DNA of 62,390 nucleotides, filler included, from Rhabdomonas costata (Eukaryota), in NCBI GenBank assembly GCA_019059605.1. It is 33 parts of 33 records of this genome, joined end to end, with 100 filler letters (N's around TTAATTAATTAA, not from the genome) between each part and the next. Parts side by side here need not be neighbours in the genome. Positions count along the whole stretch, not along the records: positions 47,334 to 49,127 come from JAHMHO010008971.1; positions 49,228 to 51,020 come from JAHMHO010008972.1; positions 51,121 to 52,931 come from JAHMHO010008973.1; positions 53,032 to 54,822 come from JAHMHO010008974.1; positions 54,923 to 56,714 come from JAHMHO010008975.1; positions 56,815 to 58,606 come from JAHMHO010008976.1; positions 58,707 to 60,498 come from JAHMHO010008977.1; 26 more parts are not named here. One strand, written 5' to 3'. Position 1 is the stretch's first letter. The number at the start of each line of letters is the position of its first letter. Of this stretch, positions 47,334 through 59,292 are shown in pieces. The notes beneath the pieces were generated by a model. It was not told where the DNA came from, did no database searches, and worked only from the letters and a program-made list of their open reading frames with translations. The position numbers were made by a program, and so were the translations under genes.

Positions 47334-49127
47334 TTTTTTGTGGAATGGACCTCATCTCCTCAAGGGCAAAGTGTCTGATAAACGTAGGGTACAGATCATT
47401 TGTGAAAGTTTCCACTCAGGAACCTGGCAACCCATACACTGAGTAATACAAGCACTCTACCACGGCACAGTGGTCCACCTTGTCCTCTGTCTGGAAAAGT
47501 GAATTCCTCACATGCTGTCCCAAGTGACATTGGTTTGTAGTCCTCACAACAACCTTGAATGGATGCAACACTTTGCTCTGGACCTCTGAAAACAACGCAC
47601 CTGTCTGCTTCACTCTTACTCTGTGGCACGCCACTATCGGGGGATGGTCTGGAAGTCCTACCAACTCGAAATATTTGCTCAGCAACTCCGCCTCTTCTGG
47701 ATTTCACTTAACCATTAACTTATCTGGCTTCATCGTCCGCACCGCCGACTTCAATCTCTGCAAATCCTTCCCAAACGTTGTACCCGCTTCTCCCGGACTG
47801 TATCTTAACTGGTGAACGTTGTTCTCTGCGTACCACCAACAACTCCGGTCCACATCGTTAATCACTCTGGATGGGTCATCAAACTGGAGTCTGGACAGTT
47901 AATGTTTCGCACAGATCAGTGGATGCACGTCGTAGACGGCAAAGCAAACTTTATCTCCCTCTGGAACTCTGTAAGCCCACGCCAACTCTCTCGGCAACCT
48001 CACTGTCCAACGGGGCTTTTTCCCCCTCATATGGTACTCTGCAAGAGAAACAAACTTCTCAAAAGTCCACGCTTGCCTCGGGTTACTGAAGTTCTTACCA
48101 CAACAAAACGGTGGCGAGTCACAATTCATCTCACAGGTAATTCAAAGTACTCCCTGTGTACACCGCTCATCTACCTTTTATCCACATAACGGCATGATCA
48201 TGTGGAACTCTGGATTCAAACACCTCACTCGAGTATTTTATGAACTCCGTGTCACTCTCTGGATTGTCTAACACTGGGAATTTACAAAACCATCAACTTT
48301 GGAACTGTCTCTGGAGCCGCCTTGGGCACTGCACTCTCTGTGGAAGACGAGGGCGTGGCTCTGGCCACCACTGTCATTGTGGTTCCCGTCACTGCACCAA
48401 CGGTCCCCTACCCATCTTCAGCTGTCGCAGAATCTCTCCCAACGTATCTGCAACTGGTGGCTGTGGAAGGGGCTTTGGGGCTCGAGGGACATACTTCACC
48501 CACTGCCTCGTCTCTGGAAGCTGGGACAACAACTCTCTGGAAACAAGCTTCCTCATCAGAACATCATTAAGCAACTCCTCGATATTCTCCCGTTATGAAA
48601 TCAGAACCGTTCCCTCAATCTGTTCAACCACCTCCATCACATACGTCAACATGGCATAATCATCCAACACTGATGAAATGGTACTCATGGTCGGTAACTG
48701 TGGAGATCCCTGGGCAACCATCCTCCACTCGTTCAACTCCTGCATAGCCTTAGCCATCTCAACTCTTCCCTGCTCCAGAATACCCACTAGATTTGTGATA
48801 TCTGCATTCTCTTTCCTGTACTTGTACCTATCTGAAATCCACTGCACTGCATTCATCCATCTTGTGGTACTTTCTACCACTCCCGAACATCTATTATTCA
48901 GTCGCTCTGCAGTCTCTTTTTGCACCTTCTCCAAATCTGTGGAAGACTAATCAAAACACTGCACACAAGCTTTATACCGATTATGTAGATTGGCCCTTAC
49001 AAACGCGTTCAGACCTGCACAGTAACGCTTCTCTGCAGGGGTCTGGGACATCTCCACAACTCTGGAAGCACAGTAGCTCTGAATTCAGTCACAACCCACA
49101 AACGCTCTGGAAACCCACCACACCCCC
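47334..49127 (-). pseudogene. Decayed intronless coding-like sequence, possible retroelement gag/ORF1
   Basis: Protein-like reading runs across the contig but is broken by stops and frameshifts, with no intron-like gaps. A coiled-coil region, a Pro-rich linker and QLRYSPGEAGTTFGKDLQRL weakly recall gag. No RT motif seen. Confidence 0.35.
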
Positions 49128-51881
49128 NNNNNNNNNNNNNNNNNNNNNNNNNNNNNNNNNNNNNNNNNNNNTTAATTAATTAANNNNNNNNNNNNNNNNN
49201 NNNNNNNNNNNNNNNNNNNNNNNNNNNTGTGTTGGTGGTGGGGGTTTCCTGCAAGAGGCCAAGGGAGGTCTCCACCTCGCAGCACAATTCGTCCACCATT
49301 TTCTGTGGGGTGTTCACTGTAACCTGGTCACAGCGCACACAGCCAGCCATCCCGAAAAAAGTGAAAGAGAATTAATGTTGGTTTGAGGTGTTGAGGGAGT
49401 TGCACGCAAAGAACGCAAAGCTTTTAAACACGCACAAGACAAGCAGCTGCAAGGCAAAACAGAAGCCAATAACAGAAGCCAATCGTTTCCTAACGAACTC
49501 CCCGATTCGCAGGACAGAATTGTGCTCTGACCAAACAAACTACGAATATGAAGGTGAGAGTCACAGTCCTGTCAGTCATGCGCAGGAAGCGGACGACTGA
49601 CCCTCCCCAAACCTCTCATACAATTTGCGGCACACACAACTTTGTACTTTATCTTTATTTTGACCCCCCTCCTTTTTTTAGCATCCCAGCCTCCCAGTAT
49701 TTGATTTGATTGCTTTGCTCCTATGAATGCCATTCTTTCTTGGCGACGCAACTTGTTTGTGTGCTTTGCATTTTTCTTGGTCTCTGCTGATGAACGCCTA
49801 ACATTATTGATGACTATCACGAGAGTCCAATCATCCAAGCGTTCTTTACAAACGAAAAAAAACTCAGTGACGGCGTCAAAATAACCCCGCTATAGCGGAT
49901 TTCTCCACCCGGATGAAAGGACTTCCGCAGTCAACGGCGAAAGGAACTTCAATTAATGCATACAGCAAGGAAAGAAAAGCGAGGGAGGAGAGTCAGCCTG
50001 AGTGGGGAACATGCGTGGAGGTTACAGATTCCCACATCCCACACCCACCTTCACAACCCAAGCTGCACGAACCCTGTCATTGAAACAAAGCCATCGCCCT
50101 GAAAGGGCTGATCACCGTAGAAAAAACAAGAACAAAATGAAACAAAAAAGAAAAGTGGGAGGAGGGAAGGGACGACATCGACACATCTGATCGCGCAATT
50201 GCCGCGCGCGCAGTTCTCAAGAGATGAAGGCCATAGCTGTGGAAGCACTCAAAATGAGACTGGAAAAATGGGACACGGGGACAACAAATGCATTGAAGTT
50301 TCGCCTCAAGCACACAAGTGCGGCCAGAGAGGGTCATGGCAGCATCGGAGAAACACAACAGAGAACATCACCCGAAAGAAAGAACAACAAAGAATAACTC
50401 AGAGCAGTGGGAGAGCACAAATAGCACATGCATCAGACTGAGTAAGGTACCTGTGACCGTGGGCACCAAATGGAATGCGGGGAGCAGGTGGAGGATGGAA
50501 AGGAAGTGGGTGGGAGTGGAGATAGAGGGTGAGAGGTGCGAGGTGAAGGTAGCATTCGTGCACACTGTTTGGAGGCGGAGCTACGGAAGCTCCAAGCATC
50601 CATGCACACACACACGGTATGATGGGAAAGGAGAAGGCAGGGAGTCCTCGTCCGATCCATTTGCATCCCTAAAAAGCTCAGAGCAGAGAGCCTGCTTCAT
50701 AGGACAGCCATATGGAATACCACATATCAAAGAAAAAAGAGAGAGGGGAGGCAGCCCTGGAGTCGGTGTGCACCTAAAAGCGGGCCCCTGGATGGTGAAC
50801 CCAAACCCGTGCGCTGCCCTTTCAGGAGTTCCCAACAGCACAACTGAGGGTCCCAGGCCATGAACAAAGCGAAACTATCCGTGGCCTGTGCCCCTCTCCC
50901 TGGGCTCCCCGTGTGTCGACTGGCGCCACACCGATTAGCACTAGCACAGTGTTCCAACCAAAGGAGCTGAACAAGTGACGAGTTTTGCATACAATGTTCC
51001 CGAAAAAAAGCCCCAACACANNNNNNNNNNNNNNNNNNNNNNNNNNNNNNNNNNNNNNNNNNNNTTAATTAATTAANNNNNNNNNNNNNNNNNNNNNNNN
51101 NNNNNNNNNNNNNNNNNNNNTGCTCCCGCAGGTCAGTGTGTTCTTTCCTCCCGCTGTGCCGGCCTGCAGAAGCCAAGAAAAAGTAGCCCGCTTGCTTTAG
51201 TGTGGCCGCCTTATTTCCTCTCTGTTCCAAGTCAAAAATCCACGCACGGTACATTGTGTACACTGTGTGTGCCGGTTCCAAGGTAAGTCATGAGATGAAC
51301 CCCTTAGGTGTACCACGACCTGCCCACACCCACCCACACAGACCCTCGCTATACGCGGAGTAAGGGCGGCCTAGGTACTGCCTGAATGAGGGGACAATAT
51401 TTTTGGAGGGTGCACCATTGAGGTTTCGCAAGAACCTCCGCCCAGCAGCAGAGGGGTGGTTCGCTTCCCCGAGAAACGGCCAGGCAGTGGGAGAGAGTCT
51501 GAAAGTCCGCTTGGAAAAGACCTCCACCAACCCCATGCCTGTGCACGTAGTGTGTGGGGGGTAACTCGCTTCGCATCGTTAAACGTCTTCGAACGTTGCC
51601 AAACAATTGGGACAGCATCGGTTTTAGAGGAGTAGTTAGCGCCGTGGAGTTTTGCCCCGATACGTTGGGCTTGCAGCGGAGACGTATTGTTTATTGTACA
51701 AACAATAGTTTTTTCCTTTTCGCTAATCGGTCCGGAATTGAAAAAGAAGCCCTTTAAATCAAGCAAGAGAAACTGGTAGATAAGGTCGTGACGACGGGAG
51801 GCCTAGGAAGCAGTGAATCGCATCAGACCAGAATGGTGGTTGGCAGTTTGGTGCTTTTAACCGCATCTTGTGGGGTTGCAG

Positions 51882-52160
51882 ATCAAGGGATGCCTGAACA
51901 ACATCACCCCGGAGAAGTACGAGCGTCTTGCCGCGCAGATTGTGTCGTACTTCGAGGCGCAGACCTCGAACGCGATCATCCCACTGATCTTCGAGAAGGC
52001 CCTGACGGAGCTGGCGTTCAGTGAGATGTACGCCAACCTCTTCAACAACCTCCACGCCAAGATCGCGACCTGTGAGCAGAGCCACACCACCTTCCTGATG
52101 GCGCTTATGCTGCGCTGTGACCTGGAGCTCAAGAAGGCCCTGGCCCACGACGAGGCCGAG
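51882..52160 (+). CDS. MIF4G-domain protein (eIF4G-like), internal exon
   Basis: Exon bounded by AG and GT: IKGCLNNITPEKYERLAAQI...IIPLIFEKALTELAFSEMYANLF...FLMALMLRCDLEL, matching eIF4G KGILNKLTPEKF...LIFEKA..EP.F..MYA.LC. Confidence 0.85.
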
Positions 52161-52608
52161 GTTGTTGCTTCCCGTTGTTGTTCTCCGTATGAGCTAGCTC
52201 ACGGAGACAACGACTACACACATGAAAGCAATGACGATCATCTTTGGGTCACAAAAGTTTTCGCTTACTGTCTTTCCACGTTTCCTCCTCTCAAGACAGG
52301 ACGTGTGGCTGTGGTGCGCGGTAGTGTTCACGTCTCCCCGATCAAATGAAGCGTTCTCTCCGGGTTTCCCTTCGTATTCTTCAGGTATGGAACCGGGGTA
52401 GGTAAGTGCACATGGCATCCTTTGGTAATCGTCACCGTTTTCTTTCTTCTTCTTTCTTCAAGGCATGAATGTCCCTGGGTTTCTCGGGTCCCTGGGCGGT
52501 ATGGAATGAAGCTAAGAAATTAAGACAAGCATCATAAATATGAAAAAGGAAACAAAACGGATGAAACGGATCTGAAAGTTCTTAAATCACGAAAGTTATG
52601 GGATCATT

Positions 52609-52698
52609 GGGTTAGGGTTAGGGTTAGGGTTAGGGTTAGGGTTAGGGTTAGGGTTAGGGTTAGGGTTAGGGTTAGGGTTAGGGTTAGGGTTAGGGTAA
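52609..52698 (+). repeat. Interstitial telomeric array (TTAGGG)n
   Basis: 14 perfect GGGTTA units plus GGGTAA, with unique sequence on both sides. Confidence 0.95.
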
Positions 52699-53031
52699 CA
52701 AGAGGTCAGGCCATCGCCACGTAGTGGTGCACAGGTCGAGGCCTGGGACGGCAAAAATTACGATTGTGGCATCGGGAAGTGAACGGGCTTGCCAGCAGGG
52801 CTGCAAGCGTTTTGTGCTGACAAAGGATAAATGAGCAATATAACAGCGAGGGAACAAGAAGACGCAATAGAATTTCACTGATGGTGCTTTTCAATGCTGA
52901 TCATTAGTGTCGGAGAGGAACCCAACCAACCNNNNNNNNNNNNNNNNNNNNNNNNNNNNNNNNNNNNNNNNNNNNTTAATTAATTAANNNNNNNNNNNNN
53001 NNNNNNNNNNNNNNNNNNNNNNNNNNNNNNN

Positions 53032-53722
53032 GGTTTTGTGGGCTGGCTCTCACTTGTCTGAGATGGAGTTTCTTCTTCTGGCCTACCTTTGGGCTCACGA
53101 CTCTGCGGGATTGCGCGCTGAACACATGCTGGGACATGGTTCCGCGACTGTTGCTGCCTGGTCTGCAAGGTTCAGACAAGCAGGATGCCTCTGTATCTGT
53201 ACTTGGTGGCCGTGACAAAGAAGTGGAGGCTGACGAGACAGATAGGAAGGAAGCAGAAAGGGCTCCATGGTCACGACAAATCAGTGCTGGCTGATGTCAG
53301 AGGCGTCTTTGAGAGGGGATCTGGAATGATCTATCTTGAAACCTTTGATAAACTCTGTTCTGACGCTGATGAGCGCAGATTTGGGCCTCCTAACAAGAAT
53401 GAAGCGACGCACTGTTTGGTAACAATGCCACTGGGTCAATTCTATTCGCGGACAGTGCAAAGGCTTACATTGTTCCGGCTAAACCCATGGTCTCCAATTG
53501 AACTGTGTGGACCATGGTCATGGGGAATGGACCCGAAAAGAGCATATCCGAGGCAAGACGCGGACTGTGAGCACCCAGGGCATTGATGGAACCTGGGGTT
53601 GAAGATTTGGCTGGCTTCCAAAGGTGGTTCCTACACTGATCACGTTTTGGGATACCTGAAGGAGTTCCAGTGGCGGTGTAGTATTGGTGATGCGGACCCC
53701 TTTGTGAAGCTTTGTGAGACAC
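53032..53722 (+). mobile_element. Merlin / IS1595 (ISXO2-like) DDE transposase, frameshifted remnant
   Basis: Motifs appear in order across frames: GSHLSEMEFLLLAYLWAHDSAGLRAEHMLGHGSATVAAWSARFRQ; VLGGRDKEVEADET; IGRKQKG...VRGVFERGSGMIYL; VSTQGIDGTWG; LKIWLASKGGSYTDHVLGYLKEFQWR...DPFVKL. Confidence 0.82.
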
Positions 53723-54413
53723 CTGCAAATCGTCGTTGCAGGGAGCATGGCATCCGGGGGGCACGCGATGCCACTCCCGTCGCAAGTCTCCTCGGCATCA
53801 CAGGGCCCAGTAGACGGTCGGCACACAAAGCTAGAGTCCTTCACTGCCCCGGTGGGGCACTCCCTCCCGCTGCCGTCGCAGTAAGTCACCAGCCCGCACA
53901 CGCCCTCGGCCGCCCGGCACAAGGTACCCCGAAAAAGCAGGTCCCTTGGGCAGGAGTCGCTCGTCCCGTTGCAAACCTGCATCAAACCAGAGTACGTGCT
54001 TTTGTAACCGGCGATCCATGTGTCGTTTGTTGGGGGCCTACAAATACTGCGCTGCCTACTACTGCCAATCGAGAAAAAAGGGCAACGTCGCGCAGAACTT
54101 CCAGGGCCCTGTGATGTACGAAGGAAGGTGCCGAAAGAAGACCACTGCCCACTCTTGGCCGGATGAGCTGGGTTCATTGGGTTCACGAGCCAAGAAGAGG
54201 AACGGAACGGGCGGCAGGGTAGCGGCTGCCACACATAACATAACTCACCAAAGGAGAGGACCGCCCCTCCCCTGCTCCAAAAGACGATGGCAGCATAAAT
54301 GAACATAGAAGAACAGAAGAGGCGGAGAAAGGTCTTGGGGGGGGGGGCATGGCACCTCGGCGGCGTCGCAGGGCCCCGCTGAGGGCTTGCAAATCGTCCC
54401 TGCTGAGGCCTTG
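53723..54413 (-). CDS. Tandem disintegrin-like Cys-rich repeat protein, partial, 2 exons
   Basis: Exon 54413-54356 (KASAGTICKPSAGPCDAAE) and exon 53976-53723 (VCNGTSDSCPRD...CRAAEGVCGLVTYCDGSGRECP...CRPSTGPCDAEETCDGSGIACPPD...ICR). The unit CR...G.CD..E.CDG....CP.D occurs three times. Confidence 0.85.
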
Positions 54414-57400
54414 CTGGTTTGCCAGCTTGCCTGCCTACCTGCCTGAGCGAGTGTTTGAGCGAATATGCGATTGCATTGGTTGGTGAGCAGGTATTTGCTT
54501 TCTGTACGTTGGGTGGATGTTTGCCGAATTCCCTGGGTTGATTATCACGTCTTGGGCAAGGCTTCTGTTACCCTTGTGTGATCGCTGCAAGGAAAGCAAC
54601 CTGAGCGTGAACGTGAACGCGAACCAACAAGAACACTCATTGCAATAGATGCCGGCGGTCTGGAAAGGATACGGCCTGAACCAAGCCCACCCCCTCCCAC
54701 CGGCCCGCAGGTGTATGCCCACCACAGCGCCGACCTCTCTCTAGTGTCCTCCCGCACGAGCACCCGTGGGCTCTCCCTGTCGACCTCTCCAGTTTCCCCC
54801 ACCAACCAAACACACCCACCACNNNNNNNNNNNNNNNNNNNNNNNNNNNNNNNNNNNNNNNNNNNNTTAATTAATTAANNNNNNNNNNNNNNNNNNNNNN
54901 NNNNNNNNNNNNNNNNNNNNNNGGTTGGGTCGAAAGATTTTTTTTACCAAAGACAAAGCAGCACAACATCATCCCGAAAACCGAAAAAAATTATCACGCA
55001 TGCACACGCAGAGTAAGAGAGAAAGGGGACGAATACTCACTCACTCATTCGCTCCGACACACACTGGACTGGACGTAACTTCCTGTTCTAATGTTTTGTG
55101 CTTGCAGTGGCAATTGAAATTGTTGATTGTTGGATGATGTGCCTTTGAGAAGTCTTGCCGAAAGCTTTGAGATTCCCGCTGGGTTACAGTTTCTGCTTTG
55201 GGGGTTCAGGTTTTATGGCTCACACCAGTTATGCCTCCAGAGTTGTTATTTCACCCCGAGTTGGCAACATATTTTCTCCCTCGTATTCTCGGTTTTGAGA
55301 GAGGGTTTCCTGGAGACAACTGCTTCTTGCTCTCTAAGGGAACACGAGAAAGCTCTTCGCGGCTGTGAGAAGTCCTGAACCTGAAAAACTTGCCGCACGG
55401 CTGTCGTTCAGACGTGCTGTTGTAGTTGAAGTCGGCGATTTTGTGTCTGGTCATGTCTGTCCCTGTATTTGTACAATTCCTTGCATTGCTTGTTCGTCGG
55501 ACATTTTACGCATGGCTTCCGTGAGAAGTGTTTTTGGTGTGCTTCAATTTACTGTACAGATTTACGTTTCCACTCAGATGCTTATCGTATGGTGGTGTGC
55601 TGGTGGTGGTGTTTCGGCCCGAAGGAAAAGGATCTCATAACTTCCAGAGCTCGGCTTGGGCCAGAGAAACCGCACCCTGATCTAATCTCTCCATTTCTTA
55701 TATACGGGTTCTTCCCCCAATGATGATACAGTTGTAGTTTTGAATGAATCACGGTGCAGCGTGGCTTTGACTTAACGCTTCTCCTATGACAAACGTTTCT
55801 CAGAGGCATACGTAAGATCGGTGCTGGTTTGGTTTGGTCGAGTGGAGGAAGGAGTATGGTTTCTGGTACATAGCTGAGCATCGAAGAGGATTACTGACTG
55901 CTGAGTGTATCGATAAAAGCCTATCTACATTTTCATGTTTATATTTTAGCATCAAGATTTTTATGCGTTGGGTTGATTTAAGCTATTTTGAACGAGATAC
56001 GCTTCCGATCCATCTCCGGACGTAAGGCAGCATTGTTTCTGAAGTTCCCACATGGGGAAACACTTTTTTTTTGCAGCTTTCCTGCCAAGTTCAGGAGCAC
56101 CATCACTAAATTTTGCACACGTTAGAAAACAATGCTACTTCGGCGCGACGCTTAGTTCATATGTTGTTCTGTTAAACCCGGATGGGGATGACATCAGCTA
56201 CTGTGTTACCGTGTGTTCGTGCTTTCATGTACCCCACATGTCCATTTTTCGTTCTCCAGCGCTTGGCTGTCGTTCAGTCTCTCTGCTGCTTTGTAACTGT
56301 GAACTGGTGAGTAGTTAAGAGGTTTTCCGTGTGCGATACAATGCCGGCCCAGTTCGAGAGTCGGCGGTTGGCCTTCGAGGCGCTGAAGCGTCTGCTCAGC
56401 CCCAAGTCTGTGGCTCTTTTGGTGGGCGACTCCCCGGCACCCTTCGCCGAGGTGGTGGCGGCTAACCTGCAGAGGGGACAGTTTGGGGTACGTGCGTGCG
56501 TGCGTGCCTGCGTGCGCGTGTCGGCCTGTCCCTGTGCGGTGTGGGGCGATAGTGACATTTCCTCCAGTCGCGTACAGTTTCCTTCGGAACTTTTGTTTTC
56601 TCCCCTTGAGCACAAGAAACCAGCACAGAAAACACGTCCACAGGAAATAGAAGGGGAAACCGAAGGTAACAGAAGAACCGCTCGGGACGTGAGGGGGGAA
56701 GGAGACACACCACCNNNNNNNNNNNNNNNNNNNNNNNNNNNNNNNNNNNNNNNNNNNNTTAATTAATTAANNNNNNNNNNNNNNNNNNNNNNNNNNNNNN
56801 NNNNNNNNNNNNNNAAATCATGGGTTTTGACACATTTCGAGTGGGCCGAGGCCCATGTAGTTTGTTTCAAGTTCAACACAGAAAATGTGTCTTATTGGGC
56901 TCCTCTCCATTGTACACACATGTGTGTAATGATCCTGATCATAAGAGAAGAATTGGCCATGCACAAAGACACAAAATCATCTCAGATTTCCTAATTTCCC
57001 GACTTTTGCGCCCAAAATATAAAGACAAAACTCGAAATAAAAAGGGTCTTGAATGGACAATACTTCTGCATCTCGTTATTCCCTTCCCCCGCTTGTCTTT
57101 GTTGGGCCGTACTGTCATCAATCATATGGGGTCGGGGGGGGGGGAGTCGAATTTGTAGTGAAAAATGTCCTATTTTGGCAAAACGAGGCAAAATGGGTGG
57201 GCCAAAATGGGCCAAAAACAGGCGAAAACGAGCCCAAAATATAGCCCAGGCACCATTGTCGGTGTAAGAGGACTATTTTTCAAAACACTTCATGGTAACC
57301 AATCATAATAGGAGATAACAGCACGGCAAGCGTTTGCAGGCGAGAGGGTGAATTATCGTGCACTTTTTCCATAGGGTTGGCCCCTTTTTACATCGAGTTT

Positions 57401-57754
57401 TGTCAGTATCAGAACGACCTTCCTCTTCCTAGATGGCCGAACTTTCCCGAGCTCGCAGGCTAGTTGTTGGGGAGGCACCCCAAAAAGCAAGCCGCCCACA
57501 GCCAATGTCACGCCTGATGGATGGCCTTTTAGGAGCTGATATTTGGGGGGTGCCCCGAGAGGTCGCCATCCGCAGCGATGGTGGATGATGGGCTTTCGCC
57601 AGACGCTTCGGTTGGTTGGTTGGTTGGTTGGTCGAATTACGATGGATCAATGGAAGCCCTGCTGCGCGTATGCTGACCTGGTCTTGCTGTGCTTCCAATG
57701 TCCATCAACTCCTCGTACCATTCCACACGAGGCGGTGCCAATAGGCAATATTAG

Positions 57755-58606
57755 ATGCATGTACATGTCATAATATTAGAGAGCCTTATAACTCATGAGC
57801 TGAAAGAGATCCGTAAGCAGGGATCCACCCTACCCGACCTCTTGATAAAGCAATGTATTGCTGAGAGTGTTACTTCTACATTCGAGGAGTATGCTAAACT
57901 TGAGCTAGCGCAGGCTGGGGTAAAGCAGCTTTACGAAGCTATTGCTGGCGTCATAGACGGTTGGGATTTACCTGACTCTACCGATCCAGATGCGGCAATC
58001 GCGATTTCTAGCCCGAGCCCAGATGGTAATCTGCAGCTTTTGACAAAGGGGCAGTGAGTGAATTAATACTTGGTAAGTGCAATGAATTTGGAAGAAGTCA
58101 TGAGGAATGTGGAGGCCTTGGAGAATCGGATTGTGATTGCTGAGTCTAAGCTTTCTACATTTGAAACCGCTGGCGGTGTGGAAATTGGTGCCTCTGCCAC
58201 TAGTACTGGAACCAACGCCAAACTGGAAGCTTTGGCTGCTAGAGTTACAACTCTCGAAAGCTCTCGCTCTGTAGAGGGTAGATGCGACGTAATAGAACTA
58301 ATGGTCCACGCTTATCGCAAGCAGGTAGGCAAGGCAGTGGATCAGATGACTACACTATCCTGTAGAGATCAGAAATTGCAGGAGGCTTCAGAGGCTAATT
58401 GTCAGAAGCTCAAATCTTGCGAGTTTGAGCTTGCCAAGCTGACCCAGGCCCAGGAAGGGCTTTCTAGGAGTGTGGATGCCCTGGACGCTAAAATTGAAAC
58501 ACTACGGAGTAGTGCAACCTCTGACCTGAATGTCATGCATACCGCACTTCGTGATATTAGCGCGCAATTGTCGACCCCAAACCTTACAAGTTGCAAGCAC
58601 TTCGAG
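57755..58606 (+). pseudogene. Intronless coiled-coil ORF with two in-frame stops, possible retroelement ORF1 remnant
   Basis: ORFs 57755-58057 and 58070-58606 are in the same frame, separated by TGA and TAA. The sequence is heptad-rich and its codon usage is less GC3-biased than host exons. Confidence 0.35.
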
Positions 58607-59292
58607 NNNNNNNNNNNNNNNNNNNNNNNNNNNNNNNNNNNNNNNNNNNNTTAATTAATTAANNNNNNNNNNNNNNNNNNNNNNNNNNNNNNNNNNNNNN
58701 NNNNNNGTTGGTGGTGGCATGGGTGAGACGGCGAGGAGTGACCCACGAGCAAGGGAGGGGACTGCAGCGAAAACAGGTTCGGGAAGTCTGGAAATGTGTT
58801 GTGTCCTCCTAAAACTAAGGACCAAAATTACGGAACTGTCAACGGTTTCGTTCTCTTCGTGTTGGCCTCCCTTGTCCTCGTGGGCAACTACACGGCCGGG
58901 TTTTATTGCGGTGGCACCAACTGCATCCGCAATACTCCGTTTGAGTCAGCTGAGTGCAGACTACGGGCATCTTGTGAGGTCGGAAAGCCTTCGGATTTTC
59001 TCTTTTTAATGAGGAACGCTCACCCTCTGAGCGCGAAACACGTACTTCCACAACGTGCGTGGAGGCCCAATGTCCTGCTCCAAGATTATCCCTCCCCAAA
59101 AGCCCATGGTAATTCAACAGTGTGACGCCCTCATACCTGCAGACTTCGTACATTAGGCGCCCCTCGCCAACCGCGGACAGCGCTATTTATTCTCTTTTCA
59201 CTGCAGCGAATCCCTTGGCTGTTTGTGGTGTTAGGGGCCGAGGTCACCGTAATGTATCCCACGCCTACTCAACGGTGGCACAAAGCCCAAAC

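Noticed and set aside
53599..54114. 171-aa plus-strand ORF as a novel gene
   Set aside because: It is a chimera of the transposase tail and the antisense strand of the disintegrin exon.
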